Source: Rhizophagus irregularis (taxonomy: Eukaryota). From it: a DNA stretch of 64,000 bases. Below the pieces are notes generated by a model. That model was given only the letters and a program-made list of their open reading frames with translations, had not been told where the DNA came from and ran no database searches. The first letter of the stretch is position 1, and every line of letters starts with the position of its first letter. Shown here in pieces: positions 1 through 13,255 of this stretch. The stretch covers positions 5,704,001-5,768,000 of the forward strand of contig NC_089430.1 of NCBI RefSeq assembly GCF_026210795.1, written 5' to 3'. A program made the translations under genes and the position numbers.

Positions 1-1819
1 GCTATTACAACACACTGGATTACAAAAGATTGGAGACTTCAGGATAAATTACTGGATTTTATAGATCTTTCCGGTCCTCATTCTGGCGAGAACCTCTGTA
101 ATGCTTTTGTAAAAAGTTGTCATGAATTCGGAATTTTAGCAAAGGTAAATATATAATTTGTATAATATTTATATCATATGAACTTAGATCTCATAAAATC
201 ATTGTAACTTTAATAGGTTTTTGCAGTTACAAGCGATAATGCATCGAATAATATCACTTTTATGAAACATTTAGAAGATGTTTGTCACAAAGAAAATATT
301 TTTTTTAATGCTATCAATTCTCATTGTCGATGCCTTGCTCATATTATAAATTTAGTTGTACAAGAAATCTTAAAGCAATTAAAAGCTGGTGAAGCGCAAA
401 CTGAGGATGACATCATGAATAATATGGATGCAACTATAAATGCTGGAGAAATAATTCCAAAAGTTAGTTGATTTATTGATTATTTTTAAATTTTTCAATT
501 GTTATAATATTAATTTTATACTATAATTATAGCTTCGTAGACTTGTAGTAAAAATAAGACTTTCACCACAACGCCAAGAAAGATTTGTGCGCCACTCCGA
601 AGCTGCTAATCTTAAGGATCTTAAACTCATTTTAGATGTGAAAACACGGTGGAATTCCACCTTTGACATGCTTAACCGTGCATTTGAAATGCGTGAGGTT
701 AGAGTATTTATTAAATACAATTGCTTTTTTATTTATATTTAAAATAATAATATTATTTTTATATTTAGGCAATAGATGCAATGGTAAATTCAGATAGAGA
801 TCTTAGAAGTTTTGAAATTACTGATGATGAATGGAATAAAATCAAAGAGATTATTTCTGTTTTAAAGGTAAGTAAATTGTAATATTTATTTAACCTTTAT
901 GATTGATTAAAATTTTTTTTTTTATTTATATTAAAATAGATATTCGTACAGACTACTAAAATACTTTCATCTGCAAAATATCCTATGCTTTCTTCTGCTA
1001 TACCAATATATAATTATTTAATGGATGGACTTGAAACATATTGTGAAAATTTTGATAGCTCTGGTGATATGGTAATTGCTGTTAAAGCAGGATTAGAGAA
1101 ACTTGAGATTTATTATGAAAAAACTGATGATACTACTATGTATACAATTGCTACTGGTAAGTTAAATATAAAAAAATATAATTTTATTATAAATCTGACT
1201 AATATTTATCACATTAACAATTATATAGTGCTTGATCCACGGTTTAAGCTGGGCTATTATGAAGATAATAAGTGGAAGCAAAGTTTTATTCGTTACGCAA
1301 AAGAAACAGTTCTAAATGCTTACAATAATAATTATGCACCTGTTACAAATGTAGAGGTTAATGATAATAATGACGAAGATAATGAATTTTTAGATCATAT
1401 TTTTGGCAAAAAGCAAAATCTTCAGCAAAATGAAGTGGAATTATACCTAAAAACTCCTCGAGCAGATCGAAATCAAGATGTTCTACTTTGGTGGATGGTA
1501 ATTATTTAATAGTAACAATTAATATAAATTATTAGTTTAGTTTTACTAATTTAATTACTATAAACATACGTAGTTGAATGAAGTAGAGTATCCGCACCTA
1601 GCAATAATGGCAAGGGATTATCTCGCAATTACAGGTAAAGACATTTAACAATTTTTAGTATTACTAATTACTAGCTAATAAAATGATTTTAATTTAGCTA
1701 CAAGTGTTCCAGTAGAACGGATCTTTTCTGGTGGCACGGATTTAATTACGGCTAAAAGAAGTAATCTCAAAACTAATACAATCCGTGCATGTATGTGTTT
1801 GAAGTCTTGGTGGGCGTAA
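1..1819 (+). CDS. hAT-family transposase (RICESLEEPER/ZBED-like), multi-exon, 5' part outside window
   Basis: Spliced translation gives AITTHWI..LLDFIDLSGPHSGENL, VTSDNASNN, RCLAHIINL (CxxH), LDVKTRWNST, LDPRFK and the hAT dimerisation tail YPHLAIMARDYLAITATSVPVERIFS..RACMCLKSWWA*; GT-AG introns; stop TAA 1817-1819. Confidence 0.92.
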
Positions 1820-2139
1820 GATATGGAAAGAATGATTTAATAATGAGAATTAGAATTTTAGAATTTTATACTTTATCAATAAAAATATGAAATCTTTCTT
1901 GTAAAATTGTGCGATCTACATGTTACTATTATTGTCTTGCTGATCATAAACAAATTCGTTTTGAAGATCTGAAAAATTTATCTGACCCGGGTTATCCGGG
2001 AGTTAAGCTATATCGGGTCGGGTCAGGAATCGAGTTACATAAATTTTAACCCGAATATTTATCGAGTTTGATTTTTATACTCGGGTCAAGTTCAAATACA
2101 TTATCAAACCCGACCCGACTCGACCCTTTCGGAACACTA
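1..2139 (+). mobile_element. hAT DNA transposon, right end
   Basis: Transposase followed by subterminal ACCCG/CGGGT repeats (1984-2126) and terminus ...CGGAACACTA (reverse complement TAGTGTTCCG, hAT-like TIR); left end not in window. Confidence 0.75.
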
Positions 2140-2403
2140 GATATAATTGAGGAATATATATATGAAATTTGTGATGATCTGCAAATAAAATAAGCTTTCT
2201 ACAAAAAACAATATGGTGGGGAATCGTCAGGGAATCATTTTCCTATTGGATGTTGTAAATATATGACATGTTAAAGTTAGTATAATGTGCTCTATTTTTA
2301 TAACATTATTTGCACATTATTACGTTTATTAAGGCATTTTAAACAGCAGTTTATGCTGTAAAACTTTTTTTAAATATATTAATAGGTTTATTTTTATTTT
2401 TTA

Positions 2404-2765
2404 CTTTACTAAAAATGGCCAATTTTTTGAAATGATTTTGTAATAATTTTAAAATACTACAAAAATACATTTAATACATCAAAATGTTTTTATTATATTT
2501 TTGTTATTATTTTGTAATTATATTGTATCTGGGTCTATAAAAATAACTCAAAATAATATCACATAATTTTTTAATGTTTTTGTTATTATTTTAATATTAT
2601 AATATAATTAACTTTGATATTATTTTAATATTTTAATCTTAAAAATACTTCAAATATATCTTGATATATTTTAAACATTTTACAAAATAATTGCACAATT
2701 GTTTTGAAAGCCATTGTATCTAGGTCTATAAAAATATTTCAAAAAATTAGCCATTTTTAGTAAAG
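2404..2765. mobile_element. Tc1/mariner-type MITE
   Basis: TIR CTTTACTAAAAATGGCCAATTTTTTGAAA / TTTCAAAAAATTAGCCATTTTTAGTAAAG flanked by TA on both sides; internal direct repeat ATTGTATCT(G/A)GGTCTATAAAAATA. Confidence 0.8.
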
Positions 2766-5700
2766 TAGGCATTATTGTTTAATAATTATTGTAATTATTG
2801 TATATTATATGTATTTATATAATAAACAGCATATTTTTAAGGGTTATTCTTTATTTTTGGCGGTATTTTATAATGGTTTTATTACATAAAAGAAGCGTTT
2901 GAAATATTTTTTTTGATTTTTTTTTTGCTTGTTACACTAAATTCGATTGGTTCGATATTGTCACACTTATTTTCATGTGACATTTGGTTGGTGAGTAGCC
3001 CATATGTGTATCTTTCTAATAACCCGACTAGCCGAGTAACCGCGATCCAATTTTCAAGTGTCCACTATATTTCTAATTTTGATGTAATGCAGTCCAGAGA
3101 CTTGGTAATTTCAGTCATGTGTTCCCAAACTCGAAGTTTTAAAACCAAAATCGATTTCGTAATTTGGTGCATTTAAATAACAAAAATCAAAGCTAAAACT
3201 TGATGCTCAAAAATATTTTTGTGTTCGTCAGGATGTAAATTCAATTTTAATATACATACGTACAGAATTTTTTCCTATTTTATATTAATAATGGTATTGA
3301 TGAAAAATAATCTTCTTTCGGTTTTATTGCCAAGTCGTGTAGCTATAATGGTAACTGCGACTCTAGCAGCGAAATTTCCCCAGAAATCTTTAAATATATT
3401 GTCGTTTATTATTGTAAATTATTTTTTGAGAAAAAAAAATGAAATTATACTGCTTTTTACTTGACACTGAGATGGGAATTATAAATTATTTTTTGTGAAA
3501 AAAAAAAATAGAATTATTCAGCTTTTTACTTTCTTACAATCGACACTGAGATGGAGTTTAGATTAAAAATGTAAACATCGCATAATAGTTATGCGGCGAG
3601 CGACATTAGTGCATCCAACTGAATTTGTAAATTTTAAATTAAATTAACGAATTCTGTGAATCCGAATTCGTTTATTTAAATGAAAATTGTACTCCTATTC
3701 TTCAATCAAAGTGATATTGTATTATGCATCAAACTAAAATCACTTGTTTTCCATATTCATAGAATAAATTGAGGACGATGATTCCATGCTGCAATAAATC
3801 CAATAAAAGTAAATATGCATTTTAATGCGTAGCAGTAATTCAGCTGCAGCCTGAATTACAAAATATATTGTTCGCGTGATCGTTAATGTTTTTTTTTTTT
3901 AAAAAAAAAATAAAATAATTTCTGGCTCCAAAAAGGAAATGGTTGACATAAAGCATATTTATGTATTACCATTACTTATGCGGCATTATACGGCGACTAT
4001 GCGTTTGAGCATTTCATACCATATTCACTCGATTTCTGCGGTTTTATGCAATTTGCATAAAATTATCGTCCCTGATTATACAAATAAGCCTCCTCGCATT
4101 TCTATGCAATATTACTAAGACTTAAATATGTAATTACAGAATTATGCGCAGCTTGCGTACGTTTTTGTTGGCAAAGACCACGTATTTCTCATTTCTGACT
4201 TACAGCTGTAATAAAATTGGATAAATTAACATAGGACAGGGTCATGTACTCATGTTTATGGTTTTATTAACAATAAGTTTATGTATAGTCTTGGACGATT
4301 ATTAACAACATAACTATAAAGTATTCAGTATTGAGTATAACTAGTAGCAATAAATATCGGAGGTCATTATTTTCGTAAGTTGATTTTATTAATTTTATTC
4401 AACAAGATGATTTCTCGCCAATAATCTTGACAAAAAAAAGATTACATTCTACTGTAGTACTAGTGTAATGCTTTGTTCAAATAAAGTACCAGAAAGACAG
4501 AAACATTACATTATCGTGAAAATTTGGTAAACTCAAAAGGTCTGAAAAGAAAAACAATTAGTTATACCTATGGAAAATACTCTGAATAAAATCTCCGACG
4601 GAGAAATTTTTACCTCACGGAATGGTCATACATGTCATTAATTTTATGATGACAGCAACTTATTGATAGTTTGATTTTTTTTAGCTGCAATCTATATTTA
4701 TTTTTGTAAGATTTTGAAAGAATGTATCAAAAAATCAAAAAATAGAAGTTTAAAATTTTTTATCTAAAAAATTATTTATCTTATATTTTTTCTACATGAT
4801 GACAATTTTTCCGAAGTTAGAGAATAAATTATTCACGTATATTTAAGTGTTTCATCCAAGACGGATTTATTTGAACTACATTGTATTCAATATTCAAGTA
4901 TGACATACCAACTTATTGCTTATTTATAATACATTGAATTTTTAGAATTATCGAGGAATACAGTATCAAATTACTCGATAAATTTTTTAAAAAGTTTTCA
5001 CGTTAAATTAAAATTTTTCAAATTGGTGAATCATTAATTTTACATTTTATTCTTGTTTTATAATATCATTCTATAGATCATAATTTAAAATTGAATCATA
5101 AGTAACATTTTTATTTTTCCAAAAAAAAAAAAAATTCGAAATTGAAATTCGAAATTATGTAATGAGAAATTACTTTTTCATAATAATAATTTTATTTTTT
5201 TTTACTATATTTAATTTTTTTGATACGATTAATAATTTATAAATAACTTTTTTTACTTTTTTTTTGTACAATAACCAAAAAAGTAAAATTATTATATTCT
5301 ATTAAAAGGCCTCGAAGAAAAGAATTTTAATACAAAAAATTCAAAATTACATCAGATGTTGATGATCATTTAATACAAGATTGGAAAGATTGGAAACAGG
5401 TTCACAAAAAAAGTAAATTGGCTTTTTTTTTTTAGGATAATCCGATTGTAACGTGATTTTTTGATGTTGATCACGGAGACCTCGGAATTTCAAATATCCG
5501 TATATAGAAACTTTTATGAACATTGTAAAAAATTTCAAAAAAATTTCAAAAAATCGTCATATGATTCTATATATGAACTTTAATACGATAGATTCTTTTA
5601 AATCAAATGATTTAGTATAAGTATAATACATATTTTAAATACCAAATTTAGACATATTAATAATAAATTTGGCATTAAAAATTTTTGTACAATCATTTAA

Positions 5701-6408
5701 AAAGTTACACAATTAGTCAATTACTACAATGAACCAATTGGATCATGTACCGACCTTACTCCAACTTTACCCGGATTAATCAACCTGATAATTAACCAGA
5801 AATATGGGCAAAATGATTATATGGGTAATTCGTATTGGGTATAACAGTAAACAAATATAATAAATAAATAAATAAATTAGAAGAAAAGATTTCGCATCTT
5901 CCGAAATACACAGAGATAAAATGTTAAAATGAATGATTTTTAATTGGATTACTATATTCGAATAGGAATCATAATTTTAGTTAGCAGAATAAGCGTAAAT
6001 AAAGGTATTAAACAATGAGTCTTTAAATAATCTCCATTTTATCAATCCTTTGCCAATAAAATTTTATTATGAAAAAAAAAAGAAATTGAAATTAAATAAT
6101 AAATGTAACATTTAAAAAACCTGAATTTATTTAATTTATTTTAATTGTTTTTTTTTCATTCTAAAATTCTTAAGTAACATAGATTAACGCCAAAACACAG
6201 TATATCATGATTTGTTATACGTAAAAAAAAAAATTTTATTGTAAATATTTGCTAAAAATGAAAGAAAAATGAGTCAACATCAATGCAGATCGATCAGAAT
6301 AATTTGATTTTGGGATGACACCAAAAACCAATAAGGTTATATGAGATTCTTTTACTATATTTAATATTTCGTGATCGACATGATTTTGTTTGTTTTTATT
6401 TATTATAA

Positions 6409-6520
6409 TTTTTCATAACAAGTTAGTCTTTTTTTTTCATAACGAGTTAGTCTTTTTTTTTCATATCAGGTTAGTCTGTTTTTCATATTAGGTTAGTCTA
6501 TTTTTTCATATTGGGTTATT
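6409..6520. repeat. Degenerate ~22-bp tandem repeat upstream of kinase
   Basis: About five copies of TTTTTCATA.....GTTAGTC. Confidence 0.7.
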
Positions 6521-6594
6521 TTTTTACGCTTATTAATTTATCCCCCACTTTTATTTTAACTTCGCCACAAAAAAAAAAAAATTATTTCTTTTAA

Positions 6595-8109
6595 ATGAGT
6601 CCTTTAATCAAGAAAATTATTAAGGGCGGTAAAAAATTACTTGATAATCTTAGAAAAAAATTCAAAAAGTCATCATCATCGCATGAATCACAAGAGATGT
6701 GTGAAATATGTAATGATTTTGATTGTAATGTAAAATATTTTAAACGAAATTTTAAAAATTGGATGAGTGGAAATAACGATATTGATTTATTTATTCAAAA
6801 TACTCAATTATCAGCTCATTATAATGTGGATGATATATTAGAATGGATACCTTATGATAAATTTTATAATATAGAATATATTTCAAAAGGTGGTTTTGGT
6901 GAAGTATATAAAGCAAATTGGATTGATGGAATAATAAATAAATGGGATGATAAAATTAAAAATTGGAAAAGAAAAGATAAAAATAAAATTTTTGCTTTGA
7001 AAAGATTAAATGATTCAAAAAATGTTAAATCTGAATTTATTAATGAGGTATTTATTTAATGAAATATAACAAATACTTTTTTGTTATAAAAAAATTATTA
7101 ACACAGTTGTACTTTTTTTTAGATTGCATCACATTATAAAGTAAATTCTAATAGTAATATTATTAAACTTTATGGTATAACTCAAGATCCAAAAACAGAA
7201 CATTATTTAATGATTTTGGAGTATGCAGAAAATGGAAATTTAAGAAATTATTTAATTAAAAATAATAAATTAAATTGGGAAAATAAAATTAGTTTTTTAA
7301 ATGATATTGCAATTGGTCTTGAATATATTCATGAAAAAGAAATAAATCATCAAAATTTACATACTGGAAATTTATTATATATGGATGATATTCGTATTTG
7401 TATAACTGATATAGGTTTATGTAAACCTGATGATACTAATAATAATAATGTATATGGAGTTTTACCTTATATTGCTCCTGAAATTTTACAAGGTCAAAAT
7501 TATACAAATGCTGCTGATATTTATAGTTATGGTATAATTATGTATGAAGTCATTTCTGGTTTACCCCCTTTTTATGATGTATGTCATGATGAAAATTTAG
7601 CTATAAAAATTTGTAACGGTCATAGACCAAGATTTAGTATTAAAGTACCTCAATTAATTGTACAATTAATTAAAAGATGTTTAGATTCAAATCCATCAAA
7701 TCGTCCAACAATAAAAGAAATTACAAGAATTATAAGTCAATGGTTGGATGGTTGGAATTGTTTAGATTTACGTAAACAACTTAGTGAATTAGGTGAAAAT
7801 AATGATTCTAGTAATACTATCTTGACCTTTTCTTATTCAATCCATTCAGATGCTATTTATACAAGTAGATTATTTAATTTTAATAACCTTCCTGCTCCAA
7901 AAAATTTTGATAATTATTATGAAAAAAATGATGATATAATAACCATGGATGATTCAGGTATTTTATTTTTATTTTTATTTTTTTTTTTAATAAAATATTA
8001 AAAATAAATATACTCATATAATTTTATAATTTATTAAATAGGGTTTATACCTATTGATACAATTGATAATTATTCACAATTAGATATTAGCGTTACGTAT
8101 TGTCCATAA
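6595..8109 (+). CDS. TKL-type protein kinase-like (predicted pseudokinase, HQN catalytic loop)
   Basis: Exons ~6595-7047, 7123-7957, 8042-8109; CxxC leader, W(M)SGN..ID..IQ, KGGFG, ALK, HQNLHTGN, DIG, YIAPE, DIYSYG. Confidence 0.88.
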
Positions 8110-8327
8110 CGTTAAATATGTATCGTTTGAATAGATTATAGTGTAAATAGAATAATTTAATAATCTTCAAATATGTTATACTTAACATACTTAACAAAAA
8201 AGTTACGAGATTCAACTAAAAATAATTCTGAAAAACAATAATAAAGATAAAGGATTATTAGTCTTCTGAATTTAGTTTTTATCTTTTTTTTTCGTTGGTA
8301 GTTCCCCTTCTTTTTGGGTAACATAAT

Positions 8328-9883
8328 TGTCCGGAGCGTAGCGAAGGACTATTTATTGTACGGAACTAGATAAATTTGTAGTACCGGTTTAACCCATGTA
8401 ATTTTTCCTTCCTTCCACCTACGTCATCACCACAATTTCCTTTTTGAAACATAATGCCCCTGCTTATTTCCCTTTATACTTTTTATTTTTAGTAACATTG
8501 TATGCAATGTCCTTGATTACTTGATAAAGCAAAATGTATCATGTTCATTATATAAAAAAAAAGACCCTGTATTTGAAAAAATTTTGTCACGTCGCGTTAC
8601 TCCGCGTATCACATCTGATAAGATCAATAATCAAACAAATAAGTCACATGAAAAAAAAAGTACTTTCCTATTTCCTTCGTCTTACCCTTCCCCTTACTTC
8701 TCTCACTTTTTCTGGTGTTTAGTTTCCTTGAGCGTGATATTTCAGGTTTTCATTTTTTTTTTCTTTAATTTTTTTATCTTGATGACCAGTTTTTAACATT
8801 TTTTTCTTTTTTAGGCATTGTTTCTTAGCCCTTTGGATACATAGAAACTTGGTGAGAACATCTGCAAATGTATTTTTTCGAATTTATTTATTCTAACAAA
8901 GCATTGTTAACATTCAATTTTTCTCTTTTTTTAGATGGTTGATGTTTAAAACAAAATACTGAAAGTTACCAGCAGCGCCAAGGAAAAATGGTTTTTTATG
9001 AATAAATTTTGGTGTAAACTTGGCCCTTTCAGACTTTTTTTTTTATTTTTCTTTAATGAAATGTTACTAATAGTTCTTTCTTTTTTTCTTTTGTAGGTGA
9101 TTCTTTGAGTCTCTTGGACATATATTTTGGTAAGTGAAGTATTCTTTTTACTTAAATCAATTCTTTTAGCGAAATGTTTGCTAATATTTCATTCATCTTC
9201 ACTTTTTTTAGAGTCATCTGGACGCGTTAGATTTAGGTAAGATATTTTTTTTACTTTGTTATTTGTTTTAACAAAATAACGAAATTTTTACTAGTAACAA
9301 TTCGTTTTATTACTTTTTTTTAGACAGTTTCTTCAAATATCTATGGACATGAATTTCGGTAAGGTTGGAAATCCGGTTCTCCCTAGATGCATTACGGTAT
9401 GTGTTTAAATATTTTTTCTTTGTCTTTTTTTTTTATTTTTAACAAAATGTAACGTCTGCTAATATTTTGTTTGTTTTTTTAGTTGCAGATTTTAGGCAGC
9501 TTTTGGGTGACGAAACGACTTATTGCTCCGGACTTACAACGGTTCCCGTTTCCCTAGTTGTAACTAACCGTTAGGTAAGGAAATTAGTAAAATTAAATAA
9601 TTAACAGAACAACTGGGTATTTACTTTTATTTTTTTAGCTGCTAAAAGAAATAAACGTCTTCAAGCGGTTTGTACAAGATAATTATTGAATCAATGGTTG
9701 AATTTCTGAAAGTTTTTTATTAATTTTGTTATTTTTTTTTAGTAACGAAGTACTATATCTACGCTTGATGGCGTCATGTCCGGATATCTGTGTAATTCCC
9801 AATTATGCCGTTCATACTAGAAACTGAACCTATATTCCTTGGCGCACCACCTCGGACTTAATAGCAGTTTCCGTTTTCCTAGT
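8328..9883 (+). mobile_element. Non-autonomous Helentron/Helitron2-like element (two alternative 3' ends, ~9558 and ~9883)
   Basis: 5' GTCCGGAGCGTAGCGAAGGACT; 3' inverted copy GCTCCGGACT (9525-9534) + hairpin AACGGTTCCCGTT + CCCTAGT; degenerate second end at 9850-9883; same ends at 50959-51161. Confidence 0.65.
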
Positions 9884-10899
9884 CAGTCATTAATCTTTTT
9901 TTATTTTTAAAAATTTAAAATATAAGAATAATTGATTTTTTTGCCAATATAAAATAATTAACTTTTTTGAATTAGATAGAAGGGTATGGGCCGACGGGTA
10001 CGAAACCCAGAACTCTAATGCTGGTAAAACACGTCACGTGACTCTTAATAATTCTCCATAACGCGGGCCATTTGATTTTGTACGGGATAATCATGCGTGA
10101 TGGTAATAGACATGTAACACGTGAATGTCAGCACGCACGTTGAAATTCTTGAGTTTTTATTGTAAAAATTTTTTTTTATATCTTTAATTATTAATTCTGT
10201 TATTCTGAATTTAGTATTTGTTATTGTTGACTGCGTGTAGCAAATTTTTTTCCAAAATTATGAATTCTTGATTTGGTGCGTGCTTTTTTTGTTGATATTT
10301 TTATCAAGTTGTTGATGAATTTGATAGTGATGTCACTGTGTGGTCTTAGATAAACGTTCATGATAATAAATTCTATTTCCCTCTGAAATACAAGTTTGCT
10401 ATCAGAAGTCGGCCTGGGATGCAGTCTATCTTTTGTAGACGTGCACTGAAAAGGAGTCAACAATTATTATAATGCCAGCACCTTTATTTATAAGGTGCGT
10501 TGTCGAGATAATCGTGAATGATTTTTGTTTAAAAAGATTTGTTTTTTGGTATAATAATTGTTGCTTGAATTTTGGTTTGTTTCTTGTATAGTAAATACGT
10601 TGATAGGATCCCGAGTCCCGACGAGTTATATATACTGTATATAGGTCAGGGGAGATCGGCACACATTTACTATTAGCTCCACGCATTTTCTTCAGGGCCG
10701 GCACTATGTAATGCTGGTCGGCATTATCCACAAATGGAAGCGATCTACATGATTTTGGCAGGACTTTTCTATGTATAGCTCGGGGTCCTACGTTGATGTT
10801 CGATCGTTGTGTATGGTATGTTGTATATTTTATTATTAGAAAGGGATTACTACACATTATTGCTAGCCACAGTGATTGTATTTTCTAGTAGTGTTTGTT

Positions 10900-12083
10900 G
10901 TTTAGAAGATATTATAACTGGGCTTGAATTTATTCACGAAAGCAATTTGATTCATCGAGACTTACATATTGGCAATATATTAAAGCTTAAATATAAAACT
11001 GCCATAACAGATATGGGATTATCATGTAAACTTACAGATTGTAATACAAAAAAAAATAGTGCGTATGGTGTTTTACCTTATATGGCTCCTGAAATTTTAC
11101 AAGGGCAAAATTATACAAAAGCCGCAGATATTTATAGTTTTGGAATAATTATGTACGAAGTAATTTCTGGTTCATATCCTTTTTGTGATGAAGGCCATGA
11201 TGGAAATTTAGCAATAAAAATTTGTCAAGGATATAGACCAAGTTTCAATATTAAAGTCCCTCAATTAATTGTCCAATCAATTAAAAGATGTTTAGATGCT
11301 GATGCATTAAAACGACCAAGTGCAGAAGAAATTGAAGATACTTTATACAATTGGAAGAATGATCCAGTAGAAATTAAAGAAGCGGATGAAATAAATAACA
11401 AGCCAACAAATAGTAGAATTCCTTTAATTAATTTAGGATTATCATACGAAACACATTCTGAAGCAATTTATACAAGTAGATTACTTCGTTTTGATAATCT
11501 TCCTAAGCCAAAAAATTCTGATGACTACTATATACACAATGACAACATAATTAGCGCTGAATTTTCAGGTATTGTTAATGAAAAGTATTTGGAATAATTA
11601 TTAAAGAATACTACTAAAAAATTATTTGTTAAATAGTATCGTTATCTCAACAAATTGATGCTTCTCGATCAAAAATTAATGATAATAATCTTCATAAACC
11701 AAAAACTTCTAATGATTATTATAAACAAAGCGATAACATAATTAACGTTAAATCTTCAGGTATTGTTTAATAATGAAAAAGTGTATATTCTATATTCATA
11801 AAAAAATACTAATAAATAACATAAATGACATTACTTATTAATAGCATCGTTATCTCAGCAAATTGATGTTTCTCGATTGGACATTAATGATAGTAATCTT
11901 CCTGAACCAAAACATTCTGATTTCGAACAAAATAATGACATTATAAGCATGGAATATTCAGGTATTAATTTAATAATCACAAAGATTAAGATTTATAAAT
12001 ACTAACGAAATTTATTTTGTTAAATAGAATCATTACGAATTGATATTTCTCAATTGAATATTAATGAAGATGGTGAATTATAA
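10900..12083 (+). pseudogene. 5'-truncated TKL kinase (C-lobe and tail only), paralog of the 17197 gene
   Basis: HRDLHIGN, DMG, YMAPE; no N-lobe upstream; tail exons 11637-11759, 11845-11961, 12028-12083; kinase similarity starts abruptly near 10900. Confidence 0.75.
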
Positions 12084-12869
12084 ATATATGATAACAGATA
12101 AACATCAATCTACTGATACAAGATATTTATTTGTCATTTTAGTTGCTGTAATTAAATTTTACTTTTTTTTATTTTTTTTATGTATTATTTTTCGCATTAT
12201 AAATTAGATTCTATTTAATGTTTAGTTGTTCTGTTTTTCTTGGTAAATTGACGAAAATTATGATTTTAGAATTTGTTATATATATATTTGTTATTCAATA
12301 ATTGAATTGCAAATTTTTTTTTTATAAGGCTAAGTTTGAAGGGATGGTAACATTAAATAGAACTTTAAATTGTAATGATTTTCAATTTGATAAAAATAAA
12401 AAATTTAGACTATAAAATGTAACAAAATGATGGATTCCGTTCTTTAAAAAAATTTTTTAGTGTTAATATTTTAATATGAAAGATTTCGATGCAAAGTTTT
12501 CAATTGTAAATATTTTGTACTGGAACCGGCCGAAATTTTACATAATCATTAGTAGTAAGCTATTAATATTTTTCTTTTTATGTAAGATTCGAAGATAGAA
12601 CTTTCTCTCGAAATTTAGCGAAATTACGTTCTAACATTAAGTAATTTGCAATCAAGATCGTTTACCAGAATTGTGAAAGTTATTTTTAAATAAAGTATGG
12701 TACAAGAGTACTGTTTTGTTATTGCGTAATGATATCAGTGTATTAAATCATTTAATTCGTGTTTCGTGTTATGACGTATTCATCTAATATATCACTTTTA
12801 TCAGGAACATTAAATTTATGAGGTATTTTTTTTTTCTATAAATTTTGATGAAACGCGAAATCTTCCATC

Positions 12870-13255
12870 AAAAAACACATTTTCTCTATTAAAAAAAAAT
12901 TCTTTACCGAAATTCTCTATCGAAAAAAGATCCCCTGTTAAAAAATTTACTAACGAAATGATCTATCAAAAAAAAAAAAATTTTCAGCAAAATTATTTAT
13001 CTCCCTATTTAAGATAAATTCTTTAATGAAATTCTCTATCATTAAAAAAAGTTCTCAAATGTAATTCTTTACTGAAATTATCTATCAAAAAATAAAACTC
13101 CTCTATTAAAAGACATTCCCTATCAATAAAAAATTCACTAACGAAATTTTTTATCAAAAAAAAAAAATTTTTCTATTAAATAAAATCCCCAAAGAAATTC
13201 TATCAAAGAAAAAGCTTTTAATACCTATATTAAAAAAAAATTCTACCAAAAAAAT
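12870..13255. repeat. Degenerate short-repeat array (AAATTCTCTATCAAAAA-like)
   Basis: Many imperfect copies of the motif; possibly the interior of a decayed transposon. Confidence 0.45.
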
